From Octopus sinensis (Eukaryota), in the NCBI RefSeq assembly GCF_006345805.1, contig NC_043001.1:120342001-120406000 (forward strand): DNA of 64,000 bases, read 5' to 3'. How positions within the stretch are numbered: the first letter of the stretch is position 1; each line of letters begins with the position of its first letter. The notes under the pieces are model-generated. The model had not been told where the DNA came from, searched no databases, and saw only the letters and a program-made list of their open reading frames with translations. A program made the position numbers and the translations under genes. This document shows, in pieces, positions 41,494-58,240 of this stretch.

Positions 41494-42792
41494 TTGTGTC
41501 TAATTAGGAAAGCAGATTCGTTAAAGCGTCGGACAAAATGCCTAGCTACATATCTCCTGCTTCTTTACATTTGCTTTGCATGCCACAGTATTGGTAACCG
41601 AAATTACCAATCGAGTCTTAAAGCTGGTAACTAAGCCCCCCCTATCTAAAATCGTTTTGATTGAGTCTAAATTAATCAAATGAACTCTAGTGCAGTGAAT
41701 TTGATTCACTATTTTCGTCTCTTTGCCTGTGCTAAACGAAAGCCAAAACTAGATGCCTGGCATCTAGATGTCAAAATGATCAGTTCTCTATCAGGCGAAC
41801 AATGCGATCAAATGTACGTCAAGTCTTGTATTTTATTATTTTTTTTTTTTTGAGGATCAGAACGACTTTAATGTGAACAAAGTCAAAAAGTAAGTGTCTA
41901 AGCATTCGCTCGATATGTTTGAAATATCAACCAAATTCACACCATAACCTACCACAGTATGTTTTAAAGGGATGGGCAAAGTGAACAATGCATTACCAGC
42001 TACCCCTAAAAGGCCGAAATACACGTCTTTAATGATAACTCGGGGCTGCTATGGTTGACATACAGTTTAATTCCAATGACAACAGCAACTACGACAATAA
42101 TATTTTATAGAATTTTCTATTTGAAATTAGAAATTTTGTGTTTGAGGTAAATATATTAAATGAATTAAGCTCTAGTTTCTAATGGCATTCTGATGATGAA
42201 GCTCTGCAGATACATATTTGATATTTGATACGGCAAAGCAGAGCTTCAGTGTTATCCATTTGAGCGATATAATCCAAAAGATGAAAACAAATATGGAAAG
42301 CAGCTTTTAACATTAATACAGATTACAAATGAGTGGGGGAAGCGAAAATATTATTTTCTTCCATTATCTCATTACGGAAACCATTCTTATTTAACTTGTT
42401 ACAGTAACCATGGTGGATTTCGATTATGATAGTTAAGTAATTCGGTGAGATCAAAAATTAATGTAAAACGATATAGCGAAGCAAATATGAGATTGAAAAA
42501 ATATTCATAATGTAAAGAGAGATATTATTAATACTGAAGCAAAAGATGAAAATGAGGAGAAATTGTAGTTTTTATGTTTTGTCCCCTGGATATCTTTTAT
42601 TATTTATTCCTCGTGATTTGGAAGTCGCGTTATTTTGTCGCTCTGTAAGATTTGTTCAAATGAATGATTATTTTGCTCAACAAAAAAATTACCTGCATTC
42701 CTTCTTTTGCGTGCTTTTGTTGAGGAATCGACCGAGAAAGAAGAGTGGCTCTCATCCAACGTCGCCAAACCTTCTTTCATTTTTTTTTAGTC

Positions 42793-42946
42793 AGGCGTTG
42801 CTGTGTGGTAAGAAGCATACTTCCCAATCGCATGGTTTGAGGTTCAGTCCCATTGGGTGGCACCTTCGACAAATCCCTACTGTTATAGTCTCGGGCTGAC
42901 CAAAGCCTTGTGAGTGGATTTGGTAGGCAGAACCTGAAATAAATTT
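42793..42946 (+). mobile_element. SINE family A, 5' half
   Basis: aggcgttgctgtgtggtaagaagc...ggttcagtccca...ccaaagccttgtgagtggatttggtag. Confidence 0.8.
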
Positions 42947-42960
42947 GCTGCATATATATA

Positions 42961-43010
<50 letters not shown>

Positions 43011-43485
43011 TATATAAATTTATATATGAGGATAATATCGATATTTAAGTATCGAAATTATCCCGATATTATCCCATATTATCCTCATATATAAATTTAT
43101 ATAATTCGTTATTATATTCACTGCGGTGCTTATTTTAACCATATCGTACTTATGCGGTGATTTGGCGGGCGATTCAAACTGGCTGTGTCCATACGTGCAT
43201 ATGTATGTATGTGCGGCGCTCGTATATGTAAGTATATCGTTTGCTGTGCATATATGTATCTATATTTATGTACCCTTGATATATTCAATTGATGACGGTA
43301 AAGCTTATCTAAAGCAGAACCAGAAATCCTTGGATCTTGAATTATTCAATAATTTTTGCTTGTATGTTTTGTCCCTCCGCTTTACCTCATGGTGCGATAT
43401 GAGCATTTAACGTGGTTTTATAGTCAGAGTTTCGACTGCTATTTCGGCATGTTGGTGTCTTTTAGACACCCTCATTTTTAATTGT

Positions 43486-43544
<59 letters not shown>

Positions 43545-43578
43545 GAGCATTGGAGCAAGGCAGTGTTTAGGGATGAGC

Positions 43579-43819
43579 AGAATTTAGGCTACTTGAAATA
43601 TGTTTGTCATATATTTCAACTGCTAAAAAGCAAATTCATTGCAGTTACCGTGGAGAAAAATCTCTCTTATGGTAAAACAAAGGTGTGAAAATGCTGAACA
43701 AACTGGGTATTTTTACACCTTTTTACTATAAGAGAAATTTTTCTCCATGGTAACTGCAGCGTATTTTCCTTTCAACAGTTGAAATACGTGACAAACATAT
43801 TTCAACTAACCTAAATTCT
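43579..43819. repeat. ~240-bp foldback palindrome (MITE-like)
   Basis: agaatttagg...cctaaattct termini; two stems separated by an internal loop; 12-nt terminal loop at 43695-43706. Confidence 0.85.
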
Positions 43820-43869
43820 ACATACATATATATATATGTATATATATGTATATATATATGTGTATATAT

Positions 43870-44469
43870 ATGTATATATATATATATATATTATATTATA
43901 TATATATATATGTGTGTGTGTGTGTGGTGTGTGTGTGTGTGTGTGTGTGTGTCTGTGTGTGTGTGTCTGTGTATGTATATATATATATATATAATGTGAA
44001 GTATATTTGCCATCTAAATATTGCTAACCACTAGGGCGGATGTTACTGTAGCTTGTAACCCCAGGAGAACATTTTTTCCAGTTGGCTATTGACACTTTTT
44101 CTGTGCCCTATCGGTATTTGCAAAGGAAGATCATCCTTCCCTCGTCAACCTAAGTGATACGCATTATATATATATGTATGTGTGTGTTTGTGTGTGTGTG
44201 TGTGTATTATATTATATCATATCATATTATAATATATCATATTATATCATATTATATTATATAATATTTTATTATATTATATTAAGGGCATTACTATACA
44301 TAATGCCTCATACTAGTAGGGACTCTTAAAGTCAAAACTATCATAATAAACATATTTTGTACCGAACGCGAGGGAATGCAACACTCGAAGTGAGCCTTTT
44401 AAAAACAGATTCAGCTTCAAATCATATGATTTCATAATTAGTTCACAGAATGCACTTTTATCCTATTTT

Positions 44470-44521
<52 letters not shown>

Positions 44522-44528
44522 ATATATA

Positions 44529-44601
<73 letters not shown>

Positions 44602-45118
44602 TGTGTGTGTGTGTCTGTGTATGTATATATATATATATATAATGTGAAGTATATTTGCCATCTAAATATTGCTAACCACTAGGGCGGATGTTACTGTAGC
44701 TTGTAACCCCAGGAGAACATTTTTTCCAGTTGGCTATTGACACTTTTTCTGTGCCCTATCGGTATTTGCAAAGGAAGATCATCCTTCCCTCGTCAACCTA
44801 AGTGATACGCATTATATATATATGTATGTGTGTGTTTGTGTGTGTGTGTGTGTATTATATTATATCATATCATATTATAATATATCATATTATATCATAT
44901 TATATTATATAATATTTTATTATATTATATTAAGGGCATTACTATACATAAATGCCTCATACTAGTAGGGACTCTTAAAGTCAAAACTATCATAATAAAC
45001 ATATTTTGTACCGAACGCGAGGGAATGCAACACTCGAAGTGAGCCTTTTAAAAACAGATTCAGCTTCAAATCATATGATTTCATAATTAGTTCACAGAAT
45101 GCACTTTTATCCTATTTT

Positions 45119-45127
<9 letters not shown>
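43870..45127. repeat. Near-identical 648-bp tandem duplication bounded by (TA)n
   Basis: 43993-44478 matches 44641-45127 almost base for base. Confidence 0.95.
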
Positions 45128-45217
<90 letters not shown>

Positions 45218-45647
45218 ATTATATATATATATTTCGGCTTCACAGCCCTTCTTGTCTTGTCTTTTACTGTTTATATTTTGTACTGTCGTTACTGTCCTGT
45301 TTTTGTTACCATTTTTAACCCTCGCAAAAAGATCTCAAATTTTATTTAATTTGCTTTTCGCGGGAAGGAAAGTTTCAATCGAAGATGCGTCTCGCCTTCA
45401 CCTTCGAAACGCAGAGTAGATGAAACCATGGTGACTGAAGAAGGGGAATTTTTCCTTGTGTTATTTGTCCTGTACTCTATTTTTTCGTTGTTTAAAAAAA
45501 ATGTCTTGATTTTGTGTTTATGTTTTCGTTTCTCATTGTGCTCGACGTTTTTTTGAGGTCCTGTACCCATATATGCATATATACATGTAGAGGTAGGTAC
45601 GTACATATATGTATGTATATATGCATATGTTTTATTTATTAATTTGT

Positions 45648-45683
<36 letters not shown>

Positions 45684-45699
45684 GTGAGTGAGTGTGTAT

Positions 45700-45915
45700 A
45701 TGTATTTGTGGCTGTCTTTGTCTCCCACCACCGTTTGACAACCGGTGTTGATGTGTTTATGTGCCGGTAATATCTAGCGGTTCGACAAAGGAGCCCGCTA
45801 GAATAAGTACCAGGCTTAAAAACGTAAGTACTGGAATTGATACATTCGACTAAAACTTCTTGAAGGCGATGCCGCAGTCTGATGACTGAAACAAATAAAA
45901 GTTAAAAGATAAAAC
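45700..45915 (+). mobile_element. SINE family A, 3' half
   Basis: ttgacaaccggtgttgatgtgttt...tagaataagtaccaggctt...gactgaaacaaataaaag. Confidence 0.75.
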
Positions 45916-46629
45916 AATCTTCCGGATATATGTTTTATTTACCGATTTCAAAAGTCATGAAGTTAAAGTAAGCAGCGCGTAGGAAAGGATTTTAATGGGG
46001 AGTGGTTTTTTTTTGAAAGGCTAATTCCCGTTTGACAGAAAGATACATTAGGTGACTAGATCCTTATTCTTGTTGATTACTATCTCTACTGGAAACAACC
46101 GCAGCATTGAAGAAGTTTCTAGGAGGTCGAATGATCTGCTACAGATAACAAGGATGTTCTCATATATCGTATTCTACTGTTGTTAAAAAGAAAAAAGTAC
46201 ACTTGTTAATGAAGTCCAAGAGACATTATGCTGGTCGGAAACAGGATGGCGAGCTGAGATGTCATTGATCGATAAGATTAAACAACAACAGTATTAGTAT
46301 GCGTGACAAAGAAAACAATAGCAACATCCACATCATTCATAATACCAAACGGTGCCGCCACTACTACCATCACCACCAACAAGAACAACCCGAGTCATTG
46401 GAGAATCTTCTACTGTTGCATGACCTGCAACAAATAGCAGCCAAATTTTCTTCGAATTGCATAATACCACGTTGAAAAAGGAGTGACGTGGGTAATGTAT
46501 TCCAAAATAACCATTCTCTGAAAATGGAGAGGTCACAGCCATGTTTTCGGTGATAGGGCTGCTCAATCAGCACAGACCTGCGGTTTTACAACTACAACAA
46601 TAACAACAACTGCAAAGAATATGAAATGA

Positions 46630-46800
46630 GTCCTCCGTTGGTTTCGATGAAGAGTATTTAACTGAGCGAATAACACATCGTAGTAAAATGTAAGTGGCTG
46701 AGCATTCCACAAACACTTGATTCCTTGTTATAATCTCAATGCAGAATTAGCGTGACATAGTGTCTGACAACGCTGGTCCTTTGAATTCGAGATACAGTCC
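46630..46800 (-). mobile_element. SINE family C body/tail remnant
   Basis: aagtggctgagcattccaca...agcgtgaca...ctggtcctttgaa matches 30040-30140. Confidence 0.55.
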
Positions 46801-47237
46801 ATCCAACGGTCTCCCGCACATTTTCCATTCGCCTATATTATTCACAAAACTTAAAACTAAAGTAGGATACAGTTTTCCAAAATGCCATGCCGTAGAAAAA
46901 GACCAGGGAACTCTTCAATCCGACGTCAGTCAAACCTACTAATAACAAAACAAACACCGTCTTCAGCAGACGAAAGATAAATCTCCCTTTGCATAAGATA
47001 ACCGTTTATTCCACACATTAAAAGTGGAGTACAGTGGTAGAAACCAATGATAATGCTACTTCCAAGTATAACGTTCACATACACTAATAAACACAACTTA
47101 CTTCCATCGATGGTGTCTTTACTGCTGGAAGTTTAGAAAAGTTTGGCAGCGCAGTGCATTGGATAAGAAACGAACATCAAACTCTTCTGAATTTACCTGA
47201 GTACTGCATTAAGTACGATTTATTAAGTTGTGTGTGT

Positions 47238-47304
<67 letters not shown>

Positions 47305-47308
<4 letters not shown>

Positions 47309-47615
47309 CGTGATCACCGTGACCGATCAGGCTATCAGACGTTACTACACATCGCTGGTCACAATGCGTTTCGCATTGTATTAGCCTTCAAATGACGCCA
47401 CCCCGTTGGCTAAGCGAGCAGGCCAACAGAGGAAAGAGTGAGAGAAAGTTGCGGCGAAAGAGTACAGCAGGGATCGCCAACAACCCCTGCCGGAGCTCGT
47501 GGACCTTTAAGTGTGTTCGCTCAATAAACACTCACAGCACCCGGTCTGGGAATAGAAACCTTGATTCTACGACAGCGAGTCCGCTGCCCTAACCACTGGG
47601 CCATTGCGCCTCCAC
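47305..47615 (-). mobile_element. SINE family C with tail type 3
   Basis: Shared head; 3' module ggcctgctcgcttagcc...gtgaccagcgatgtg...ggtcacggtgatcacg. Confidence 0.85.
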
Positions 47616-47629
47616 ACACACACACACAT

Positions 47630-47714
<85 letters not shown>

Positions 47715-47812
47715 AACATATAAAGTGACTTCTATAGAATCACTTCTTTGATGTTTTAGTTTATTTTAGTTATGGTGTTTAATGCCATGCTGGAGCAATA
47801 TTGCAGTCTAAT

Positions 47813-48395
47813 CTGCGCTTAATATTTATTTCAAATTATCACAAGGTGAGCAGTTTTATAGAAAAGGCTAAGTCGACTTCATTGATCCCATTGATCCCAA
47901 CTGATTCTTATTTTATCGACCCCGAAAGGCTGAAAAGTAAACTCAGAACGTAAAAACGGCGGATGAAATGCTTCTGCGTGTTTTGCCCGGCCTGTCAACG
48001 CTTCTGCCAGCTCACCACCTCTGCGCTTAATATTGATTTCAAATTTTGGCATAAGACCAGTATTTTCGAAGAGAGTGTAAGTCCGATTATATCGCTTCCA
48101 GTCGTACTTATTTTATGGACACCAGAATACTGAAAGCAAAGTCGACCTCGGTGGGAATTGAACTCAGAACGTAAAGACGTTCGAAATGCACGGGTAACGT
48201 GACGTTAACGACTTTGCCAGATTGCCGCCTTATGCTCTGCTCTTAATATTGATTTCAAATTTTGACACAAGGCCAGCATTTTCAAGGGAGGAGTAAGTCG
48301 ATTACATCGACCCCACTGTTCAACTGATAGTTATTCTATCGATACCGTAAGAATGAAAGGCAAAGTCAATCTCGGCGGAATTTGCGCTTAATATT
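47813..48395 (-). mobile_element. Three SINE family B copies separated by a recurring CTGCGCTTAATATT motif
   Basis: Motif at 47813, 48021, 48237 (one mismatch) and 48383 (partial). Confidence 0.85.
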
Positions 48396-48514
48396 GGAAA
48401 CAAATTGTAGCGAGAGCCACAAAACATAAGCTGAATACTTCATTCCTCGAAACTCTGATGTAACTTCGTACCCTCTCTTATTTCCTCTTTTATTATTATT
48501 ATTATTATTATTAT

Positions 48515-50879
48515 TCAGTAGTTTTATTTTTATTTTTATAGCGTGCTTTCACTTCACTACCGAGCGCAGCTCTGTGTGCCTTGGGTATGTGCTGTGATTT
48601 GTTGTGATGCTCTGATGGTTATTGTATGGAAAGTGCTCTGCGTAGGATGTGTGCAGTGCCTAGTAGTGCAATTTTCTGTATGTTATATGTGTTTGTAAGT
48701 CCTGGTGTTTTTGTTATGTATTTGTCTGAATATTTTTTTATCATGCCTAATGCACCTACTATGATAGGAATTGTTTCTGTTTTCAGATTCCACATTCTAG
48801 TTACCTCTATTTCCAGGTCTTTGTATTTTGAGAGTTTCTCCATTTCTTTTAGAGACACGTTGTCATCTGCCGGTACTGATACATCAATTAGAAAGCATTT
48901 TTTTTCTTCATGGTCTCTGACAACTATATCTGGTCTGTTGGCCTTAATTTCTCTATCTGTGTGTATCGGCATATCCCAGAGTATGGTTGCTTTCTCGTTT
49001 TCTGTGACCTTTTCTGGTGTGTGCCTATACCATCTTTTTTCTGTTGTTATTCCATAATATTGGCATAGCTTCCAATGTATGTAAGTTCCAACTCTGTCAT
49101 GTCTGTGAATATATTCCTTCTTAGCCAGGACTGGGCAGCTAGAGATAATATGATTTATTGTTTCTTGTCCATCTCCACATATTCTGCAGTTACTTGTAAT
49201 ATTTCTTTTCATTACATGTTTTTGGTAATTTCTGGTGGGGAGGCTTTGGTCTTGTGCTGCAATTAAAAATCCCTCTGTTTCTGCTTTGAGTCCTGAGCTT
49301 CTCAACCATTGCTGGGATTTTTCTTTGTCTATTTCTTTTGCGTTTAGTTTAGTCCAGTATTTACCATGAAGGGGCTTTTCTTGCCATCGTTTTATCATGG
49401 TTCGTTGCTGTTCTATTTTTAGTTTGGATTTCATTTTTTTTATAGCTTTTGTTGTTTCTTCATCTTCTTCATCTTCTTCTACATGTTTATTAGGTGGTAT
49501 GATTTCTTGTTTGTATTTGTCAGCTTCCTTAAATACTGAGAACAGTTTTTTGTTTTGCTCGTGTTTTGCCGCTATCTGGATCAGTTTTCCTTCCTTCTGA
49601 AGTAGATATTTTTGCAGTCCTATGGTGGTTATTTTATAGTAGTTTTCCAGCTGTATAAGGCCTCTACCACCTTCTATACGTTGTATATATAGTCTTTCTG
49701 TCAGATTTTGGGTGATGCATCCTAGATCCTGTCATTATTTTTCTTGTTTTCCTGTCTATTTTGGTCAGTTCATTTCGTGTCCAGTTAAGGATATTGTAGC
49801 TGTAACTTATAACTGGGACAGCTAAAGTGTTGATACCTATTATCTTGTTTTTAGCATTAAGCTCTGTGTTTAGTATTGATCTAACTCGTCTATAATATTC
49901 TTTTTTTTATTTTCTCTTTCATTTGTGTGTGTTGTGTCTTATCTAGTTCATGGATTCCTAAGTATTTGTAAGTTTGGCTTTGGTCTAATTCTTTTATTTC
50001 ATTTGCTTCATCTAGTGTGATGTTGTTACTCTTAACTAGTTTTCCTCTTTTCATGGTTACTTTGGCGCATTTTTCTAATCCAAATTTCGTATCTATTTCT
50101 TTGGTAAATCCATGAACTGTCTTTAATAGTGTTTCCAGCTGTTTGTCATTTGCAGCGTATAGTTTTAGGTCATCCATATATAAAAGGTGGCTGATCGTTT
50201 TGCCGTAACATTTATATCCGCATCCAGTTCTATTTAGCATATCAGATAGAGGTGACAGTGCCAAGCAGAAAAGGAGTGGAGAGAGCGTATCTCCCTGGAA
50301 TATTCCTCTTCTAATGGGGATGTCTTTGGTTTTCATGAGTCCCTCTTTTGTTTGGAGGTGTAGGACTGTTTGCCATTTATTCATAGAGTGCTCTATGAAT
50401 TTTATGATTGTTGGTGCTACTTTGTTAATGGCTAGTGTTTCGAGGATCCATGTGTGGAGGATGCTATCAAACGCCTTTTTGTAGTCAATCCAGGCCATAC
50501 TGAGGCCTTTCCTCTTTCTGTGGCTGTCTTCAGTTACGGCTTTATTAATCATTAGTTGATCTTTACAGCCATATGAGCCTTTGCGGCATCCTTTCTGCTC
50601 TTCTGGGAACAGTTTGTTTTCGTCCAGGTGCTTGTTCAGCCTTTGTGATATCACTGCAGTAAATGCCTTGAACATAGTAGGGAGGCAGTTTATTGGTCTG
50701 TAGTTTTCTGGTTTTTCTGTTTCATTTGATTTGGGAATTAAGATGGTTTTCCCCTTCGTGAGCCATTCAGGCATTGTCTCTGGCTCTGCTAGTACGTTGT
50801 TAAAGTTTTGTGCATTCCTGTTAGATACTTCAACCAGAAGTTGGGGATCTTGTCATGCCCAGGTGCCTTTCAGTTGCTT
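48515..50879 (-). mobile_element. R4/Dong-like subfamily A copy 2, 5'-truncated, in (TAA)n
   Basis: Highly similar to 34679-37030; ORFs 49890-50774 (RT) and 48619-49434 (CCHC + RLE); frameshifts near 49700 and 49905; (ATT)n on both flanks. Confidence 0.93.
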
Positions 50880-50917
50880 ATTATTATCATTATTATTATC
50901 ATTATTATTATCATTAC

Positions 50918-50960
<43 letters not shown>

Positions 50961-52029
50961 TTATTATTATTATTATTATTATCATTATTATTATTATTAT
51001 TATTATCATTATTATTATCATTACTATTTTTATTATTATTATTATTATTATCATCATTATTATTATTATTATTATTTTGCATAGTTGAACACATTCCTAT
51101 GCTGAAACGAATTCGTGCTCAACAGGCATTAATAAACAATATATGTGGTTTTATTCTTTAGATATAATAGGAATGTTAAAAGCTACACTCGCTAAATCTG
51201 CCCCACTCCCGCTGCTTTATTGTCTCGTATACTGCCATGTGTAGATTTTAAAACATTAACTTTAATCCATATTAATCCCCTGCCGAGTTGAATGAAATTA
51301 TTCTATGATTTTCGGTATTTGTCATTGACGTAACAATACCTTATCAACGAATTAGGCATTGCATATGATGTGAATTAAGCTATTCAATATTTGAAAAAAG
51401 TTATCCGGAAGACGATTTAATAATTCTCTTGGGAGAGAAGTGAATCTTCCTTGAGTAAAATTACTTTTGAATGTATAAAAGCCTATTTAAGATCGTACAG
51501 CATTACATTAATATCTATCAATAGACATTAAGAACAAGATTTTGCCACGCAAAAATTGAAATCACGTTTCATTAATCATGATTTAAATTTTACATCAAAA
51601 TATTAGTGTAGAAGTTGCGTGCTTAATTCAAATTACCGCGTAGGAGTCCTGTGTTTAATTTGTCGGTTCTTTGAAAATAAACTTGACTATAAGACGCAAT
51701 AAACATTTATCTGTTGCATATATTCACATACATAGAATCCCTATAACCCTTCCATTTATATATATATATATATATATACATGGTCACTCGATTGTGCCTG
51801 TTCATTGGTTCACTTTATCTATTTTTTCGTTTGTTTTTTTTTTCTTGCTTATTCACTTGAACTCTTATACATTTGCAGAAACACACACACTCATGGAATC
51901 CGTGGTGCCTCTACACAGATTAGGATTTTGTACCTTTATTGGCATTTTTTGATGAGGGTGGCATACTTTACTGTTTTTATTTCTAATGCCATATTTTATT
52001 GTGGTTGTATACATATTTGAATGTAACTA

Positions 52030-52560
52030 GGTTGATCAAACCTCCGGTCTTCTCTCTTTATCCAAATCTATCCAGCGGCCATCTCTGTTGCTTCAGTAAC
52101 AGAATTTATGGCCTTCCTCTTTGCACCAGTAACTTGCCTGTCAGAGGCCATTTGATCTTCTGAACTCATCTGCATGAAATCGAGATTTTAGGCACATAGA
52201 AGGGCTTGATAGCGTGGGGTGAGTCCTGGCTATGCTCTTCATGCATCTCACCAGGTATACACCTGTTCTTGCTCCTGATTCTCATTGTCCAGGTATCTCA
52301 TTCTGACCTGATGTGTTTTTAGACCAAGTAGTCTTTGCATCCTTTGACACAGATGCATACTGTGTTCATTGTTCTTTTTCCGTTTGCTTGCACTGAAATC
52401 GTGAATCTTATTCTCCACTTCCTCTCGGGAGCCCCTAGGAATATGCTTCATCTGGTGTGTCCGTAGGAAGAAAAGGGATTTCAGATTAGATTACTGACCC
52501 AGCTTGTCTTGTGTACCATTTATCCATACTTACACCTTGCTTACTCTCATTATTCACCAA
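52030..52560 (-). mobile_element. HERO-like RLE non-LTR element, internally deleted
   Basis: N-terminal C2H2 region (VCICVKGCK...GLKTHQVRM...PGEMHEEHSQDSPH...QKIKWP) fused at about 52140 to the C-terminus (VTGAKRKAINSVTEATEMAAG*IWIKRE); both match my recollection of HERO ORF ends. Confidence 0.7.
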
Positions 52561-52899
52561 ACTATTCTTGATTGTCATCTTGTATGTTCCCATCAGTTCA
52601 GGAGATTAGTTCCAAGATACAACTCAAAGATGCTCTGAGTTGCATCATCAGTGGAGTATTGTGCTTTAATTATATACTGAATATAATAAACACCCTGTCG
52701 TTATATACAATATCTTTGAGGACAGAAAAAGATGGATCAGCAGGAATAGTTTCAATCTTCTGTTGAAATTTCATCAGCGAATGCATACCCAATTTAACCG
52801 CCCACGGAAACAATACTTATAAATCCCCCTTCCCTAAGATCTTGAGTATGTACTGATATATTTTGTAGTGCAGTAAAACATCGAGAAAAATTCGCTAAT

Positions 52900-53300
52900 A
52901 CACCGGTTACAAATTTATAGGACCAGATGCCAAGAATGCATTATGTATGCAAATCGACCTATCGGATTTGTTATATGAAACAAGTATATAAGATTATTAC
53001 AACGTTGATAGAGAAGCTAAAGGACGTGGTAGTAAAATTCATAATTGATGACAAACTATACAAATGAGCAATACGTAAACCATTTGTTGTATTCATGTAA
53101 TATAAAAATAACTTTGCTTTTAACTCTTAATGGAAGTTGATAAATCCGTCTAAATCTGAGATCGGATTAATTAACAAGAAAATTCTTAGGAAGATTAATG
53201 ATAACTTCAAGAAAGCTATTAATCTCGTCGAGTAGAGTAAACATTAATGTGACCGTCAATAAAATTTACAATAGCACCAAATTTGCTCAAGATGATATTA
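52900..53300 (+). pseudogene. Penelope-like reverse transcriptase remnant
   Basis: Translates KPFVV...KNNF...KLINPSKSEIGLINKKILRKIN with several stops. Confidence 0.55.
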
Positions 53301-54211
53301 CTATTTAATGCACCAGATTCCGCTAGTTGAACGTCACCAAAGCGTATAACAAAGACTTCACCTAGCACAAAACACAGTTATTTTTATATAAGCAAGGTTT
53401 ATTTAATATTACTGATATAAGCGATATTAGAGGATTTGAAAGTCCACTCAGAATCTCTCCAGGTCAAACTGCTTATTCTCTGCACTCAGAGGTCACACCT
53501 CCTGCACGACGGAAATGCAATTAGAATGTCACTGATAAAATTCACAATATGTATCCTTCAAGCTATGTGACGCGACAGAAAACCTAGAGGTATCTCAAGA
53601 ACGAGATTGTCGGGCAATATCCATAGTCTCAGCTGGCGACCCTGCGAAATGCAGCCGGAAATGGTTGTTTCTGATGGGATCGTATGGAGGAGGTACTTGA
53701 GGACGCTAACCACACGATCCACCCAAGAATAGTGGGAGGCGAAGATGGTTGGATGGATAAAAAGAAAGATAGATGGATTATTGTCCTTCATCTTTCTTTT
53801 CGTTTTTCGTCTTTCTTAGCACATATTTTGCATATCAAGAGAGTCGTCATATGATGAGCATTGGCGTATGAGTAATATAGTAAACGTAGCATAGGTTAAG
53901 TAAAATGCACGAATTGCACAAATAGAAAAAGAGAGAGGGAGAGAGAGAGAGAGAAAGTCAAACAGACAGACGGAGTAAGAGAAACAGAGAGAAAAAGAGA
54001 GCGAGATGAATCTAAATACAAAACCCACACACAAACAAGCAAAAATACACAAGATATTACAAAGCATTCAACTTGTAAATCTCTGCTTTTGTTGTTTTCC
54101 AAGATTCAGCGAAGAATTTCTGTTTCTTAGTGAGGAAGCTGAACATGGTTTTACAGAAGAGAGTCTAAAAATTATAAAAAATATCAATATATGCATATAT
54201 ATATATATTAT

Positions 54212-54280
<69 letters not shown>

Positions 54281-54465
54281 TATATACAATTACATATATA
54301 TATATATATATATATACATACATATATATATATATGTATGCATGTATGTATGTATGTATGTATATGTATGTATGTATATATATATGCACGAACAAACAAA
54401 GACAGATATGAGCACATGTACGTTACATGTGCATGATATATACATATATATTTATTTATTTATTT

Positions 54466-54830
54466 AGGCGCAGGAGTGGATGTATGGTAAGTAGCTTGCT
54501 TACCAACCACATGGTCCCGGGTTCATTCCCACTGCGTGGCACCTTGGGCAAGCGTGGCGACGATCAAAGACTTCTGAGTGGATTTGGTAGGCAGAAACTG
54601 AAAGAAGCCCGTCGTATATATGTGTATATATGTATGTGTGTGCATATGTTTGTGTTTGTTTTTGCCCCCCAACCGATGCTGGTGTGTTTACGTCCCCGTA
54701 ACTTAGCGGTTCGACAAAATAGACCGATAGAATAAGTACTAGGCTTCCAAAGAAAAAGTCCTGGGGTTGATTTGCTCGACTAAAGGCGGTGCTCCAGCTG
54801 AAACAAGTAAAAAGAGTAAAATAAAAGAGT
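54466..54830 (+). mobile_element. SINE family A, near full length with internal deletions
   Basis: aggcgcaggagtgg...ggttcattcccactgcgtggcaccttgggcaag...aaggcggtgctccag...gaaacaagtaaaaagag. Confidence 0.9.
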
Positions 54831-54949
54831 GTGTATATATATATATATATATATGTACATGTGTGCGCGCGCGCGCGTGTGTCTATTTGGGTGTATATAC
54901 ACTTGGACACACACTCACACTTGGACACATGCATAAAACACATACTCAG

Positions 54950-58240
<3,291 letters not shown>

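Noticed and set aside
46370-46590. Ankyrin-like exon (KHGCDLSI) on the minus strand
   Set aside because: Lacks the TPLH consensus and has no convincing donor site.
47570-47615. tRNA genes at SINE heads
   Set aside because: The heads have A/B-box-like motifs but are attached to SINE bodies and lack a full cloverleaf.
47813-48395. CRISPR-like repeat-spacer array
   Set aside because: Eukaryotic DNA; the 'spacers' are ~200-bp homologous SINE copies.
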